From positions 5,724,687 to 5,788,686 of the forward strand of contig OZ316895.1 in the NCBI GenBank assembly GCA_973895155.1: 64,000 nt of DNA. The letters run 5' to 3'. The stretch is from Marsupella aquatica. Lineage: Eukaryota; Plantae; Marchantiophyta. Positions 62,804 through 64,000 of the stretch are shown piece by piece (the stretch's first letter is position 1; each line of letters starts with the position of its first letter). A program made the position numbers and the translations under genes. The notes below the pieces were generated by a model. The model worked only from the letters and a program-made list of their open reading frames with translations. It made no database searches and was not told the origin of the DNA.

Positions 62804-64000
62804 GACGTCGGGTCGGGGCAGAGTCATGAACAGCAGAGGAACAATATGAAACCCTAAGGAACGTGCTGGTGGCGGGACCAGTCCGAGGGGAACTACAGGG
62901 TCATGAGTACCTTAATGTCCTTCGTGATTTTGTTAGTATTTATAAAAATGCCACTGGTTGGTTTTTATATGGATGACAAGTTTACCAAAGTAACCGAGTA
63001 ACTATATAAAGAAATTGTGACATTTTTATAAATAAGAAAAAAGCAGTGACAATATTCTAAATTCAAACATTTTTTTTTTCCTTTTTTTCCAGAAAGAGTA
63101 AATTCAAACATCTTTAGTGGCAGTGTACTTAAAAGCTGTTTAATGTTTTTCCTTGACACCCATAGTAGACCCTGCACCACATCTTACTAATAAGGCCTAT
63201 GGTATAGAGCCAAGCCTCTAGAGCCAAGCCTCTAGACCATAACTCTAACAAATAAAGATAAAACAAAAAATTAAGGTGGACCAAAAACAGGAATATGGCC
63301 AAAATGAATGAAATAATATACAATACAATTTTTTGCAGGATTCTTTATTGTCTTCATCTATATTTTCTTTCAAGGACTTAGGGGAGACAATCTCTATTTC
63401 TTTCAAGGACTTAGGGGGAGATAATTTAATTAAAGGTGCGGGTGAAAAAGGGGGATGGGGGTGGAGTAGTGCTGGGAGAAGTGTGCCGCATTTGAAAATA
63501 GGGCTGCCTGTGAAGAAAGTCAGTGGAGTTGGGGCTACATGCAAAGAGAGTCGATAGATTAGGGAGGCTGCCTATGAAGAAGCCAACTGCTGTCATCAAG
63601 GGTCGAGGGCTATGGTGAAACAGCCAGCACTTCTTCAATTACTTGAAGAAGCTTTGGTTAGGTACTCTCATCGAGGGTCAACACTTTTTTATCCTCATTG
63701 CTATTCATGTTCAAAGAACAAGTAGTCAGGCTAGTATATGTAAATTGGTAGGGAATCGCCCACATATCTGTAAATTCCTATGGAACCAAAGTTACCGCAG
63801 AGTAAGGATGCCTGGAGGCCTCTACTATATCCATTATCTCATGCCCGGAAAGTCCTGTTACGTTACTTTTTCCTGAACCATGTTTACGTATCAAAAGGAT
63901 GGCTTGGGCTGGGGTTCTAGACTGGACCTTGTTCCCAAATTAATCCCTTCATGTAGATTTTCCTTGAATGAAGAGTGGAAATTTAGTGGAGTAACAAATA

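Overview
Eukaryotic nuclear DNA from a land plant. A bryophyte (liverwort-like) source is my inference from the spliceosomal introns, plastid-targeted GAPDH and transposon types. About a quarter of the window is two related full-length Ty1/copia (Tnt1/Tork-like) LTR retrotransposons on the minus strand (3396-10448 and 35803-43878). Each has paired LTRs, a 5-bp TSD, a tRNA-iMet PBS and a PPT, and each is interrupted by a nested DNA transposon: a 468-bp MITE with an 8-bp TSD, and a 1.6-kb non-autonomous CACTA carrying a RING-finger fragment. Both copia copies keep gag and pol in one frame separated by the same single UGA, which suggests programmed readthrough or splicing. Their LTR U3 regions differ, and one has an 18-bp array of plant cis-element cores. 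A 5'-truncated non-LTR retrotransposon of the restriction-like-endonuclease (CRE/R2-type) group lies at 26134-27287. Host genes are an 8-exon TFIIE alpha subunit, an intronless plastid glycolytic GAPDH (GAPCp), a 3-exon secreted Pro-rich AGP/extensin-like protein with a Cys-rich tail and a duplicated splice acceptor, a small dehydrin-like ORF, and weaker candidates. Intergenic DNA holds many short degenerate tandem duplications. All alignments and counts were made by eye; no database searches were run.
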